A stretch of DNA of 64,000 nt, taken from NCBI RefSeq assembly GCF_037042905.1, contig NC_087245.1, forward strand, positions 35,900,001-35,964,000, read 5' to 3'. The DNA comes from Lytechinus pictus. Taxonomy: Eukaryota. The first letter of the stretch is position 1. Each line of letters starts with the position of its first letter. The position numbers were made by a program, and so were the translations under genes. The notes beneath the pieces were generated by a model, which saw nothing but the letters and a program-made list of their open reading frames with translations, was not told the DNA's origin and made no database searches. Shown piece after piece: positions 41,391 through 54,785 of the stretch.

Positions 41391-42590
41391 GTTTTTATGT
41401 ATCCATACATGCTGACTTGTTTCAAAGGGGTTCATTATCCTTTACAAGATACTGGCTTCATGGCGATCATGCAGGCATTCCGTGTACTATTAAGCAACAA
41501 AAGTCACAATGGGCGGCAATCCTTGGGGAGGGGGGGGGGGGCGAAGGGGACAAGTTTAGAATTTTGTACAGCAGCCTAGAAGAAGAAAGGTTCGTCCCCC
41601 CCCCCAAAGAAAGGCTACAATAAATATCAAGAAATTGCCTCGTATGTTAATAACTAACTCTGTCACATCAATCTTAATTCATTACTAATTATGACTGTAT
41701 GTTTAATGGTTCAGAAGTGATACGGTAACCGTGTCGTACAACTCTTAAATGATATCCACACTAGGTTAAAACAAAAGTGTTCAGAACAGGAATTTAGGTA
41801 AGAAGCTGATTGAAATTAGTCTCATAGTCCATAAAAGAAATTATTTATTCGCCATTCGCTTTATCTGTTGACTTCAAACTCGCGCCAACAGCTCCGTGTA
41901 CATGAACACATCATAGCTTTGCGACTGTGCCAATTTCTTGGTCCTATATGCGTTTACGGTTTTTATATCTTAGCCATTTTTCAACTAAATTGGCTGAAAT
42001 AAACATGAGCTGTGTATGAAATTATAACATTGGTACCTTGTAGTGTCATTCACGCCGACTAATTAGGCCTAGTGAAATATCACTAGCGCCAGATTTCTGA
42101 CCGTCATCTTTAAGAATGATCTGTAGATCACGTCGTCATAGTGTCAGTTATTGGTGTCACAGACCAACATCGTCGTATGATATTGTCAGGGGCAGTGTTA
42201 CAGGGGACAGCTAGCAACCTCCTCCGTGATTTTTCAAGTATCACACAAGAATAAAGAGAGGAGCGTAAACAAAACAGAAAAGAGAAAGAAAGAAGAAAGA
42301 ATGGTATCACAAATAAATGCTTTGGTCAACGACATATTACCCTATGTTTCTTTTGAGTGAAAAAAGACTTCCCCGCTTGGTTATCTTGCCCCATCCTTTC
42401 TGAATAACCCTGGTACTGTCCCCGTACACCACCCCTCTCTAGTTATAAAAGAAACATTATCGTCTAATTCATGATATATAATTCCCATTGCCCTTTTCAA
42501 CCACAATGTATTATAGACGCATCTGCCATATCACCCGGCTAGCCACGCCCTAGAGATGAACAGGCACGTGGCAAGTGTCGCAGATGCAAA

Positions 42591-42701
42591 GCGACAGTCA
42601 TACCAAACGAAACTGACTCCACACAGACCGATGGTATGTCATTGGTAATAACATGAATGATTTGGTCGGTCTGGAGTCGGTTTGGCCGTTGTGATTGAAG
42701 C
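42591..42701. mobile_element. Hairpin MITE (13316-13426 family)
   Basis: ACAGTCATACCAAACGAAACTGACTCC...GGTCTGGAGTCGGTTT..TGTGATTGAAGC. Confidence 0.75.
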
Positions 42702-42868
42702 TGGGGAACGACAGTTTCATCGGAAGGAAAGGGAATGAGGTATGAGAGGCGCACGCTTCGGGAAAATATAACCCCTCGGGAAAATATAATTCCGGCGGTC
42801 CAAAGAATGTTATATTGCACACCCCATCAGTCAATATCTGCATAATTGATCATGACAATATTACCCAG

Positions 42869-43083
42869 CTTGAGCAATTCAAAGTACAATTAAAAACCCA
42901 CCTCTTTCAGAATGTTTAATAAGTTAGGTCTGCTTTTGATATTCTTTGATGTTTATAACATATGTTCAATGTTTATTTTTTTTAATCTACAATTCTAACC
43001 ATATTTTCCGCTTTCCTCACACATAGAGACTTGTGTATGCTTCTATTAAGAACTGTACTATTATTAGTATTAGTATCATTATT
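42869..43083 (+). mobile_element. Extreme 3' end of an L2 LINE
   Basis: Translates to LEQFKVQLKTHLFQNV* (L2 terminal FK..LKTHLF motif); ends CATAGAGAC..TATGC..TATTAAGAACTGTAC(TAT)n. Confidence 0.75.
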
Positions 43084-43302
43084 AAAAGCTTAATTTATTT
43101 CCAGATGACAATTAATGTCGGCTTACCAATATTTATCAATTTTGTCAAACCTGTCGCATTTTTTTCATTGAGACAAGAGAATTGATTGTTAATTGGCATT
43201 TGTTTGCGTCGCTACTTCTTTGAAAAATAAAAGTATGTGTTTACTTCTTTGAAAAATAAGAATATGAGTTTTTCAACTATAATAATTGAAAGATGTCATC
43301 AG

Positions 43303-43535
43303 CAATGGCGTTCACGACCAAGAAAAAAAAAGAGAAAAGGAAAGAGAGAGGGTGAAATATAATATTAATTTCTTAATGTTCTGTCAAGACGGATTACAAA
43401 ATTAGATTTTGGCAATTAAAATGTCGAAATTTTGCTCACTATCTTCGCTCGCTCGCAACTTTTTGAAATATAAATTTTACGCGATACGCCATATCTATAT
43501 AGCCCCCTTCAACATTTTTGGTTCATACGTCATTG
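43303..43535 (+). mobile_element. hAT-like non-autonomous element
   Basis: TIR CAATGGCGT / ACGTCATTG; flanks GTCATCAG / ATCTTCAG (6/8); interior like 19277-19535. Confidence 0.6.
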
Positions 43536-45421
43536 ATCTTCAGGTATTATAAGCTGCCAAATTTATGGATGGCATTCAAGAAACACACCACCACTCTCAA
43601 TTAAATTTTCACGTTTTCGCCAATAGTCATTCAGTATTCTGAGTAATTTCTATGAATATTTAAAGTATCTGGACAAACTTTTAACTAATATTAGATTTAT
43701 GTTCCATGAAGTCCATGAGAATTTAGAATTTTTACAAAGAAATTGCTAATATGTAACTTGAAAGCATGCCCGAGATGTATTTGAACAGGATTCTCCAATA
43801 TTGGGGCGAACGAAAAAATATCATTCATTGGTTAAAACATTATTTTTCGTGAGTAAGTTTTCACTCAACATTGTGCTCAAATTTACACAATATTTGAGGC
43901 TATTTTCTCCAACAACTACGTTCTTAGTCAAAAATAATAAAGCGTTTTTTATACGGTGTTAATAACAACACCAGTGTGTGTTCAAAGAGGGCCACCCAGT
44001 CAAGTGTTAAAAATAGGCCTACACCAAGGAGTTTGAATATCAAATAGTGTTGAAATAGCAAACGGAATGTGTTTGAATAGAGCCCATTAAATGGTTGTTG
44101 AAACAACACAGCGACTTTAGCACCGGTGTAAGATGCCTACTGTGGTCCACTGAACATAACAATAAAAGTGTAACTTTAGCACCACTGTTCGCAGTGTATG
44201 TGATGCCATAGATATCATTGATGCCATAGATATTGTGTTATGTATCTAGGTATCTGATGAAGGCAATCTAACTCTTAGCAAAGACGTGATGCTATGTTAG
44301 TATCCTCGTGATATCATCCTATGACCCCCGCAATGCTCATATACGACGCCACGGAAATATGTCAAGTGTTTCCAGACTTCATCTCTATACTAATAAAAAA
44401 CAAAACAAAACGAAGCAAAACTAATTGCTTGGTTCATTGAGAATTCATCCAATATTTGCTTGTCTCATTGTATTTGTTTTATTTTTATACGTATAAGCGA
44501 TATTTATGTACAACCCGATGAATCCATTCCCTACATCAGCCAAGACCACTGGCTTACTTTAGGAAGTAAGGGTGCTTGTACTGCTTGAAATTCCAAACTG
44601 TAACAAAAATAATATTCCCGATAAGTATTTATATTCAGAAATTATTCATAGAAATCGAAATTCATTGATCATCTGGCTATACAATTACTTTTTTTGCATG
44701 ATGCCGAAATAATTTTTTCCTCACAGATTTTCTTTTGCATTTGCATTTGAAAAAAAAACAGTATTGTCCGAAAACAATTTAGAGTCATTGCAGTGATCCA
44801 TTATCAAAACTTGGCAAACATTAAATGATGGTGGCCGTGAGAGTTTGTTTCCAACTTTGTGGATGATAAACTTTATTCCAATATAAATAATTTCTCGCAG
44901 CACGCTTTCCACATTGATTCAAATAATATAATGTCAAGTCGCAATTCGTGGGAAAAATATACTTAATGGTAGATCTTTCTTTGCATTTTGCTTCCCTTTT
45001 CGAGTTCTGAAGTAAATATTTCCTAAAAGATTTGACGTTGTATTTTCGTGAATCTTCTTTCAACCCATCATGTCTGCGTTACAGATTCCCAGCCAGGCAT
45101 AAATTATATTACCCTGTACATTGGCGCCTATATTCCGTCTTTATGAACCAATCTCACCTAATGACAATGAATGTCCAAAACGTGACTCTATTTTTTTTCC
45201 ACCGAAGGTCATTCATTAGACGATATACACACTTTATAAGCCACTCAGCCGTATACCACGTCTTCAATAACACAGTCACTGTCAAGGTCGGTTTTATGCC
45301 CCCAAGACATGTTTGTCTACCACTCAAACACTAGTGGTATATGAAACACATCTTGTACCCCAAGCACATTGTACCTGAATAATGTGAACGGTAAGCAGTA
45401 TCGAAATAAAATTTAGAGCAA

Positions 45422-45587
45422 TACTGTAAAAAATGAAGTGCTAATTTAGCACTGACAGTGCTTGTATAGTGACTGCACTACGAGTGCTGATTCTCTTGTT
45501 TAAATTTGAACTAGAAAATCGGCACTCGTAGTGCAGTCACTATACAAGCACTGTTAGTGCTAAATTAGCACATCATTTTTTACAGTG
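45422..45587. mobile_element. Palindromic CACTG-ended MITE (CACTA/EnSpm-like), copy 1
   Basis: Almost fully palindromic 166 bp, (T)ACTGTAAAAAATG...CATTTTTTACAGTG; 2-bp flanks AA/AA; second copy at 61339-61503. Confidence 0.9.
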
Positions 45588-45739
45588 AATGAAAAAAAAA
45601 TTAACGTATAATGTAGATTATAAGATCATTGTGCCCCTATGTTATTGAAGATTGGTATTTGAGCAGAAGCTGAAGAAATTGTCTTCCTTAATCTACCAAA
45701 AAATCTTTAATAGAAGGATACATTGTGTACAATAAGGCA

Positions 45740-46551
45740 ATAACAATTTAAACAAGTTTTGCTGTATGTAAACAGAAAAATCAAAGAATATGGATCAATA
45801 AAATGTTGGACAAACAATAAGGAGCACTTGATTATCAAGATCACTAATGTTATGGGGATCCTCCCATAATTGGCAATGCGACCATGGCCGTACGCAGAGG
45901 GAGGGGAGGGGCAGGACAGCAGTTCCCCCCTCCCCCCCCCCCCCCGAAATCTTGAAAACCCTAATTTTTTTACTGAAAATTTTAATAAAAGCCACAAAGA
46001 GTGTGCACGAAATCCTTTAATTAAACTTTCGAAAATGCAAAAGCGACCCATGCAAAAAAAGCTTGGTCGCTTCGCTCTCTCGCTTTCGAGTCCCTTCGAA
46101 AGTTTTTACGCGTCTTGCCCACAGGAAATATTTTTTTGCATCCGGCCATGAATGCGACCCAGATCTGTGATGTCACATAAGTACATATCCCCTTTGCCAG
46201 GTTTGTTCACTGAAAATACACCCCAAACATCTATTTTGCTCATTCTATGACAGAACAAACACTTTGTCTAGAATATATCTTATAAAACTTCTCCTACATG
46301 TCCTCCCATGAAAAAAAACCCTGATCTATTGAAATAAAGACAATTTGCGTAAAAGGGGATGTACAAATGTAACATCACATTATGTTGGTCGCATTGCCAA
46401 GAAGATAAACAAAACATTAGTGACCTCAATATTCAAATGCTCATAACTTTTTTTTATCATTTCAACAACGTTTCTCTAACATTCATTAATTTTATTTCTT
46501 TTATTTTATTTTTTTCCACACAAGCTAACTTGTTCCCGGTTTCATTCTCCT
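45740..46551. mobile_element. Degenerate long-TIR element (Kolobok-like CT|TTAA right end) interrupted by a hAT MITE
   Basis: Left arm GAGCA.TTGA.TAT..AG.TCACTAATGTT...TTGGCAATGCGACC...TGTGATGT.ACAT..GTACAT..CCCCTTT is mirrored at ~46352-46445; right end TTCATTCTCCT|TTAA. The left boundary is approximate. Confidence 0.65.
45883..46150 (+). mobile_element. hAT-like MITE with perfect 8-bp TSD
   Basis: AATGCGAC (45875-45882) | CATGGCCG ... CGGCCATG | AATGCGAC (46151-46158). Confidence 0.92.
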
Positions 46552-47596
46552 TTAAAGGGTGTGCAATATCCATGTAAGTATTTAGTCCATGTAAGTATTT
46601 AAGTCCATGTAGGTATTTTCCACTCAAAGTGCTCACTTTGAGTGGAAGAAAGTATTCATCATTATAGCCCTTTTCGCCTTTTTCTTTTGGGTAATTAGGG
46701 TCTGAATTAAATACCCTTTAGTAGATAGTATTCACCCTTGCCTTCTTTCGCCAAAAGGTTTAAGATGTAAACTATAAGAAAAGAAAAAAAATGAAGCTAA
46801 ATGACGCACTTCATTATTTCCTTGGCCGTGAAGTCGCGTCTGGGTAGCCTTGGAAATGATAGTCGGTCCCCAACCTTCGACGGCGCAGTCCTCGTTTGCA
46901 TAGTATATTATCGCAATGAAAACATCAAAGACGATTAGAGTTCACATTTAATGAGTATTTCGTATGATAGATTATCTTTGTTTTCTCGATAACCGTGTCG
47001 TTTTCATGAATAATATTTTCGAAGATCGTTCGTACCGAGACTAGAGTATCTGCACCACCTTGTATACAGGTATAGGTCACTGATAATCCCCTTTCTGCAT
47101 AGTAAAGCGTGTTAATGCATCATTGTCGTAAGAGCGAGCCCTGCCACATTACAGAATAAGGAATGTTACGAACATTAAGAAACAATGTTATAAACACATG
47201 GTTGAGGGAGAGTTAACGGAAGAGGGAAGGAGATGAATAAAGGGAAAAGAGGGAGCGAGGGTGTAGGGAGGGAGGATAGATAACATGAAAGACAGAGACG
47301 ATTTACCCACAATCTTAGAGGATTGTGATTTCTATATCTTCGTGTATGAATGTTTCTAATGTAGAAGGCATTGTAGACAGTCAGTCAGTCAGAAAGAAAG
47401 AAAGAAAAAAAAAGGAAGTAAAGAAAAGAAAAGAAAGAAAACAAGATAGCAAGATAGAATACACTCTAAAATGTATGGAAAGGGGTAATCCATCCTTAAA
47501 AATGGCCGAAGGACAGCATTTTTAATAAGGGTGAAAAACGTTGAAAAACTCCTCGGCCTTTTCCACCCTTTTCCCCTTTTGTATTTATAGAGAATT

Positions 47597-47619
47597 GATA
47601 GATAGATAGATATATGGAC

Positions 47620-47652
<33 letters not shown>

Positions 47653-47720
47653 TATAGATAGATAGATGGATATATAGATAGATAGGTGGATGGATGGACA
47701 GATAGATAGATAGATATGTG

Positions 47721-47781
<61 letters not shown>

Positions 47782-47884
47782 GTGGATGGATGGATGGACA
47801 GACAGATAGATAGATAGATAGATTTACAGATAGATAGATAGATAGATAGATATATAGATAGGTAGATATCTACACTGATAGATG
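47597..47884. repeat. (GATA)n tetranucleotide microsatellite with GGAT/GACA variants
   Basis: Visible directly. Confidence 0.97.
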
Positions 47885-49522
47885 AATGAGAAAGAAAAAG
47901 AAAGAGAGATTGACAGAGAGAAGAGGGGAGGAAAGTGGGAGAGATCACGGGACAAAGTTTAAAGCAGGACTCGGGTACGGTGTAATGACTCCGAGTTATG
48001 CACGTTAGGAAGATGAGTTAGTAAGGAGGAGGGACGAGGGTAATGGAAATTATATTGATGCGCCTACAAGCTCCATAAATCACATCTTGTTCTAACCGTA
48101 GCCTTAAGACGGTGCTGGAGAAAGGCTAATCTTTTTCCACAGACCCTTTGGACGCGACTTAAATGAGAGAAGAGACATGCAGCTGTATGAGGTTCATGAG
48201 ATGAGAATTGATGAATGATGTTGGTTTATGATGCATTAGCCCCAAAACAGGAACCGTGGTAAAAAGCATGCGTACAAAGTCACTACTCATTAAGTAGTTA
48301 CATCTTCTTTTCTTCTTACAATTGGGTCAATTACGTGACGTCGCCATGAGGGGGGGGGGCGATATCTTAATGACGGTTGGATTTTCAATCTATCAGGCTT
48401 TAATAATTAAGACACAAACAGTCAGTCTGTTGTCATCATCATATCATGGTTTTTTTTTTTTTTTGGGGGGGGTCAACAACACTTTTTTATTCTTCCTCTC
48501 AGTATAAGTAGGGCCTATAAGGCTGCATATACGATCAACAATGACGATAAAGAAAAACAGAAAGAGAGAGAGACAATATTAGTATTTAAAAAAAACATAG
48601 GCCTACTAGGGTCTGGTTTTTATAGACTACATGGATGGAGACGCTTCAAATGCTTTCCATATTAATGCTCCAATAATCTGAAATAGATAAATATACACAT
48701 GAACTGAAGTAGGAAAGTACAATACAATGTCTTGAGATAATAAAGAGTACATTGAATTCATTAGCAGTCGTATAATATCTGCTCTGTCTCAGCCGTCTCT
48801 TAGTTTATAGTTTATGAACATTGTGCATGGAGTGAGCGCATGTTCAAGTCATTTCCGAATACCCCCCATTCATAAAACAAATAATGATCGCATTGATGAA
48901 GTACTAACTGACCGAGACGTACCTTTTACATTTTATCGCATTTCCATTCCATTTTGTTCATTAAAATAATAATAGTCATTATCAATGTTCGTTTATTCGT
49001 CTAGATGTCATAATTTTTAATCAACTTCGAAATATACTGCCTGTTAATAAATGTATAATGAACACACAGCACAGGGAAGTTATAGACAAAATAATTATTG
49101 TTTATAATGATAAAAGTGTGTTTTTTAAGCATGGATGACAATTTCCTTGTCAGAATTGCCTACTTATTAGTATGCAAATAATCTAGAGCTTTTAAATTTT
49201 AAAAACAACCACTCGGACTAAATTTCGATGAAAGGGAAACGGCAGTGTGTTCAAGACGGGACGACTTAATTTCGAGTTAGTGGAACGCCAGTTCAAGAAA
49301 AAGATGACGAAGAACCGAAAAGGGAAATGTTATCGTCTCTTATCTGTACTAAGTTATGAATAAATTGATTCGGGACAACTGAATAAATATGCCACCAAAC
49401 ATCAACATCGCTGAGAATAAATGTCAACGAGTTCGCGAAAATACCTGGGCAAAGCTGGTAAGATTAGATAGCGAGCCGGCTTTAAAGAAAATAGTCTCCT
49501 AGATCGTCTGTATTATACTCAC

Positions 49523-49543
49523 CTTGAAGAGCATGGCGGCCAT
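49523..49543 (-). CDS. Candidate first coding exon fragment MAAMLFK (gene unidentified)
   Basis: Minus strand reads CAAG ATG GCC GCC ATG CTC TTC AAG | GTGAGT: good Kozak contexts and a consensus donor at 49522-49517; possible acceptor CTGCAG with AG at 49586-49585. No downstream exon could be assigned. Confidence 0.3.
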
Positions 49544-50546
49544 CTTGAAAGAATCTATTGTTTTTTTATGACGTAGGTGCTATACTGCAGGTAAATATTT
49601 CTCCTTGGCCCCCTTCACACTCCCAACATTTTGTTTCAATGCTTCAACGTTTGTATGGTGCATGCGTGAATATTTCAAGTTTACTTCAGAGTCCGCAGGT
49701 CTGAATAACACCCGATTTTCATGTTAATGATGAAAAATATGAACTATTTCATAAAGGTAATTCTAACACAAACCTTAATGGAATGTTTTATGTTTTAAAA
49801 CATTATGGTGTGTAGTGCATGAATAACCAAGATCGTTTCCCCATTGTCGATTGTGAATTCGGGCTTTAATTAAATTCTACACAATTTGCCGGTAATTCAG
49901 AAAGAAAAAGTTGGCTCATTAGCGCTCAAATCATTTCGACAGTGCGCTTTCCAGTGTCTCTGTGTTAGGTTATGCAGAGCATAACAGATTTGGGTTATTT
50001 TCTAGTCTGAATGACACCAAATTCTACGAAATCAGCCAAAGGGTTTATATCAAATTATATATGAAATATTCAATCTAGCCCATTCACGCGCAAACGCATT
50101 CGACAGATTCTTGTTTTTCTGTACTGCATAAAGTATTCTGGTTTATTTCTCATTCTGAATGTAAAGTGACACACCAAAAATTTACAAAATAAGCCATAGG
50201 CCTAGGGCATGTAGGGTGTATTTCATTTGGAACGAAAAAGGTGGCCTGGAAAACGAATTTCTGCCTGGCACAGTTTTTCCCTTGGAAGAATATGAATTCG
50301 TTAAGTTGAGTGTGTCAACACAAAACATTAACAACTTAAGACTTTGGTTCTAGCAGTCATACACTACTCCGATGACGGGGTTACAGATCAGTTTTAAGGG
50401 TTACCAAACGCTTAAACGTTTACTATCAAACAGAAAATAGAAGGGTATGAATTATCTTCAACAAGCTAACCATAATGCTCTGTCAGAAGTCACAATGTGA
50501 TAAGTAATGCAGTAGAATGTTTAATTTAGTGGCGAATCGACCCCGA

Positions 50547-50818
50547 TATCATTATTATTATTATAATCAATATTATTACTATTATTATTATTAACATTAT
50601 TATTATTATTATTATTATTATTATCATCAATATTATTATTATTATCATTATTATCATTATTATCATTATCATTATTATTATTATTATAATTATTATTGTC
50701 AATATTAACATTATTATAATTATCATCATTATCAATATTAACACTATTATTATTATTATCATTATCAATATTAACATTATTATAATTATTATTATTGTCA
50801 ATATTAACATTATTATTA
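50547..50818. repeat. (ATT/ATC)n-derived compound repeat with a recurring TCAATATTAACA interruption
   Basis: Visible directly. Confidence 0.92.
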
Positions 50819-53800
50819 CATATTTTTATCACCCATTTGCAACCTTTCTTATCTTGTTTAATACATGTATTTGTTACCCCGCCCCTCACCCCATTGTCAG
50901 TATAGAAAACTAGGACGCCGAGTGCAGCTCACATGCATTACACGGACAATCACCCCGTGTTGTATTATTGTTACACTTGTCATGTAACGAACTAGATTAA
51001 GACAGTGTCAAGTAACACGATCAGGTCATTAAGCGTGACGGTCGTATAATAATTCTTCCACCCCCTTCCTCCTATGTGTTTCCCTGTCATAGTTGTCTAT
51101 TATTTATGTCGTACTCGTCAATTCTTGGCTCAGGTATAAATAGGTGTTTTTGTGTGTTGGTGTTGGCGGCAACACCTCACCGTAGTCATCAAGGCAAGAT
51201 AAAATTGCAAATTTACATTGCGCAGTTTCTTTGTATCGATATACTCAACGGCACATTACAAAACATAACAAGTAGTCCTAAACATGGACAGATAAGTAGC
51301 AAGATCAGCAAATTATGTATAACTAGGTCATATGATTGATGGTAAATAAAGAAAGCATAATAACGGCTACAAATTACATTAAAACATAGTGGCTTTTTTA
51401 TCAAAAACTCTCTGGAAAGGGCAAGTACTAGTATTCAGTTTAGTTTTAAACTAGTTAATATAATGATGCATTTCTATTGAGTGTAATCTTTGCTTTTACC
51501 ATGTGGGAGAGTTAAGAGGAATATGGTGTGTCATGGGAAGATTGTAGGACTGGATGGATGATTTCAATGTTAGGTCACATGCAGTATGATCATGGATCAG
51601 CGGCATTTCAAGAAACAGGGGCGACCATTTCCTCTCATTTTTTTAAGTACCAAAAAAGAGAAGATTGTAGAAAGAGAATGGGGGAAAAAAGAAATATTGT
51701 GCATTACCCGACATTAGGAAAGGAGCAAAGTTGTGCTTTAAGGGTGCAACGGAATTTTCTGGATGCAAAGAAAAACAAAGAGGTGCATTTTGTACCTCTT
51801 TCATTAAGGGTTCACAATTGCACCCTCAAAGGATCTGCCATTGTTGTATTAAGGGTGGAAACTTGAACAATTTTCTTTTCTTAATGTATTATCCTTGACA
51901 TGCCAGGGAATAGACGCTTGTAGGGGTATAATCTTACATCAACATCAGTAGCCATGCAAGAGGGCTCTAAAACAAAGCCTCGCCTAAGTCTTGTTGATGA
52001 AGATACCACATTTCGTCATCTTCGATGAGCCCAGTCCGATGTTTTCAGAGTTTTACTATTTCAATCATCGCCGGTCTCACAAATCACTGCCTCGATTGTG
52101 TTGACGGAGAGTAGAGGTCGGATTGGAGGTTGGGTGCCGAGTTCATGGAATCTTGTAGATGAGGTCCGACGAAGCACCTCTATAAGGTGGCAAAGCCCAC
52201 TGGGCTTGAAATAGTATCATTTCAAGAATGGTGGTACATTATTATCCTACGGACATGACAAAGCCTTTCTTAAAAGTTAAGAAGGCATATGAATGGTATT
52301 ATACTTCATTAGCACTGGCTGATCTCGGATGGCTAAAGGTCACGAAATAGCGGAGTAGGAGCGGGCATGTCAGAACTCGGGAGATGCGAATAAGTTAAAG
52401 AGGAAGCAGTAGCTGAAAATTCACCAATGACTGGTCTCGAATTAAAAGAAAAAGGGGGGAAATACGGCTTACAAAAGTGTGAAAAGTAGCAGGTGTCTTG
52501 ATGACAGGCCTTTGTCTCGTCTCTGTACTGACTAATAGTGAACGCCAGATGGTTCCTTTGCAGAAACAGTTACAATCAAACACAATTCTAAAAACAAATC
52601 AAACGCGATTTACTTTCAACCAATCGACAGCGTGTATATTTGGACTTGAGTGAGGACCTTTTTTTTTCTTGTCAAATTTTACGTGGACGAAATGACCTTG
52701 ATTTTGGGTGAAACCCTTTTTTTTTTCTTGTCAAATTTTCATCGGAAAAATGTGCCCCCCTGGAAAATCTTGGATCCGCCCCTGTTGTGAGTAACTTTTA
52801 AACGTTATTATTTATGCCACCGAGACCTGTATAAGCGACATCAGGTGGCATTGTTAATAATATAATGCCATACCTGGAAATGATATATAAATTAACAACA
52901 GAACACCTACCTTATAAAGTTGTTAATTTTACCATATTTTATATGTTTGATAATGATTTTTTTTTCTTGACCGGTACAGTTACTGCATAGAATGAACTAA
53001 AAGTTCATTTACAGGAAACCGGGTGAGATAAATCCAATAATCACATTATATTGTATGACCTAGATTGAGATATCAGTAATATTCCACTACCGAATCGTGG
53101 ATGAGTACAATTTGGGCATATCTCTGGTACCCCATAAAAAAGCCTATACTTAAACACTTAGTCGCACATTGGCCATTTTAGTTCCTCTCTTTATTTTCTG
53201 ACAAAAGACACACGTGGGTGTAAAGATCTCATATGTAGAAACTCTGTCCGAAGTAGAAGTGTGTGTATTTTGAATACGAAGCACACAGAAAGGAATCTGT
53301 GTGTTGTTGCTTTGATGTTGTTGATGTTGTTACCATTCTGCAGAGCAAAGTAAGTGACGTCACATCCTCAACAACGAACATTACGAAGTTCTGATTTGAA
53401 CTGCAAAACAGCCCTATATACACACACACATGAGGAGTGAAATGGTGATCATTTCTAAAGCAGCACGGCATGGAACTGTCGGGCAGAAGTATTTATAGAG
53501 AAATGAGTCATGTCTGCAAAGTTCTCCAAGTTATGCGGAAGGGTCCAAATATAAGGCTACAACTGTTGCTCTGTATTTTGATCGTCTGCTGGTAGATGAT
53601 GTCTGTTAGATTAGCTACGAAAAGTGCTACACCCTATTTCATTATTTTTTTTTAATGTTCGTGTAATTACATGTATACCTTTATTTTTCCTCTGTTGCTG
53701 ATTACGTTGAAATTGAACAGACAGGCGAGTAAACAACAGTTGGACGCAGTCACTAAAATCGTAATAATTATATAAATTGTCCCTTCCAACTTCTATGATT

Positions 53801-54109
53801 ATGTTTATGAATATGACAGAGGGCCTATAGGTAGATCGCATAGTTATGTTGCAGTTAGTCAGTCAGTTAGTGAAGGGCTGTCATTGTGGGATCGGTATAG
53901 GGGATATCAGGGTCAGGGGTCCCTCTTCAAAATGGTCTGTTACGTATACCCGTCCAGGAAGGCATCGATAAGGGTCTCGTTTCAGGCACAAGGCGCCATC
54001 GACGTCTTTTCCGAAAGTGGTTGTTTTTAGCACTTTTCTTCTGCAACTGCATGTCTTGAAGGGTCGTCTTTTCTTAATCTTCATGCCATTTATGGTCCCC
54101 CCCCCCCCC

Positions 54110-54146
<37 letters not shown>

Positions 54147-54494
54147 GCTGCAAAATCAAAGCTGTAAAATCGGCTGCGATTCTTCATGGCGGCTGAAGCT
54201 TTTCAATGACAGAAGCTGGCCAGCTACATTTGATTTGACAATACTCGTATTTACCTAGTGTAGACACTTCAGCTTTCATGAACTGTTCTCCCATCAGGCC
54301 CTGCATAACATAATGTTTTGTCTATTACCAATGGTGAAATGATAAACCGACACTAATATCGGATGCGCGCCAAAGCTGACTGGACCGTATAGTGGTGAGC
54401 TTGTATTGGCAAGCTGCCTTCTTTAAAGCGTTCATGACATTTTACTGCAGAACGCCCAATTCTATATACTCAATGTTTTAACACAAACGTAATG

Positions 54495-54604
54495 ACAGTT
54501 TCACCAATTATAATGACTCGAAACCGACCGATGATTTACCATTCGACATGTTCGAAATTACATAATTACTTTGATCGCTCTGGCGTTGGATTCGCCGGTG
54601 TAAC
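54495..54604. mobile_element. Hairpin MITE (13316-13426 family), highly diverged
   Basis: GACTCGAAACCGACCGATGAT..CCATT...TTTGATCGCTCTGGCGTTGG..GGTGTAAC. Confidence 0.5.
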
Positions 54605-54647
54605 ATCAACTTCTTCATATAGGTCTCAGAACCGCATGGAAGTTCGG

Positions 54648-54785
54648 GGGAGCGTTTCATCAACATTTTTGTCCGACAAGTTGTTAGATCTAACAACTTT
54701 CCTTGATTTTGATTGGCTGAGAAGCACTGCTACTACGGTAACTGTCGGATAAAACGTCCGACAAGTTCTTTCATGAAACGCTCCC
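54648..54785 (+). mobile_element. MITE family C (GGGAGCGTTTCAT ends), related to family B
   Basis: TIR GGGAGCGTTTCAT / ATGAAACGCTCCC; central CCTTGATTTTGATTGGCTG shared with family B. Confidence 0.8.

Noticed and set aside
44254..44290. Hammerhead-ribozyme-like CTGATGA (a similar look-alike lies at ~52155)
   Set aside because: The GAAA core and stems I-III could not be formed.
53881..54159. 92-aa minus-strand ORF (..KIKKRRPFKTCSC..)
   Set aside because: It begins in homopolymer runs, with no recognisable domain or splice support.
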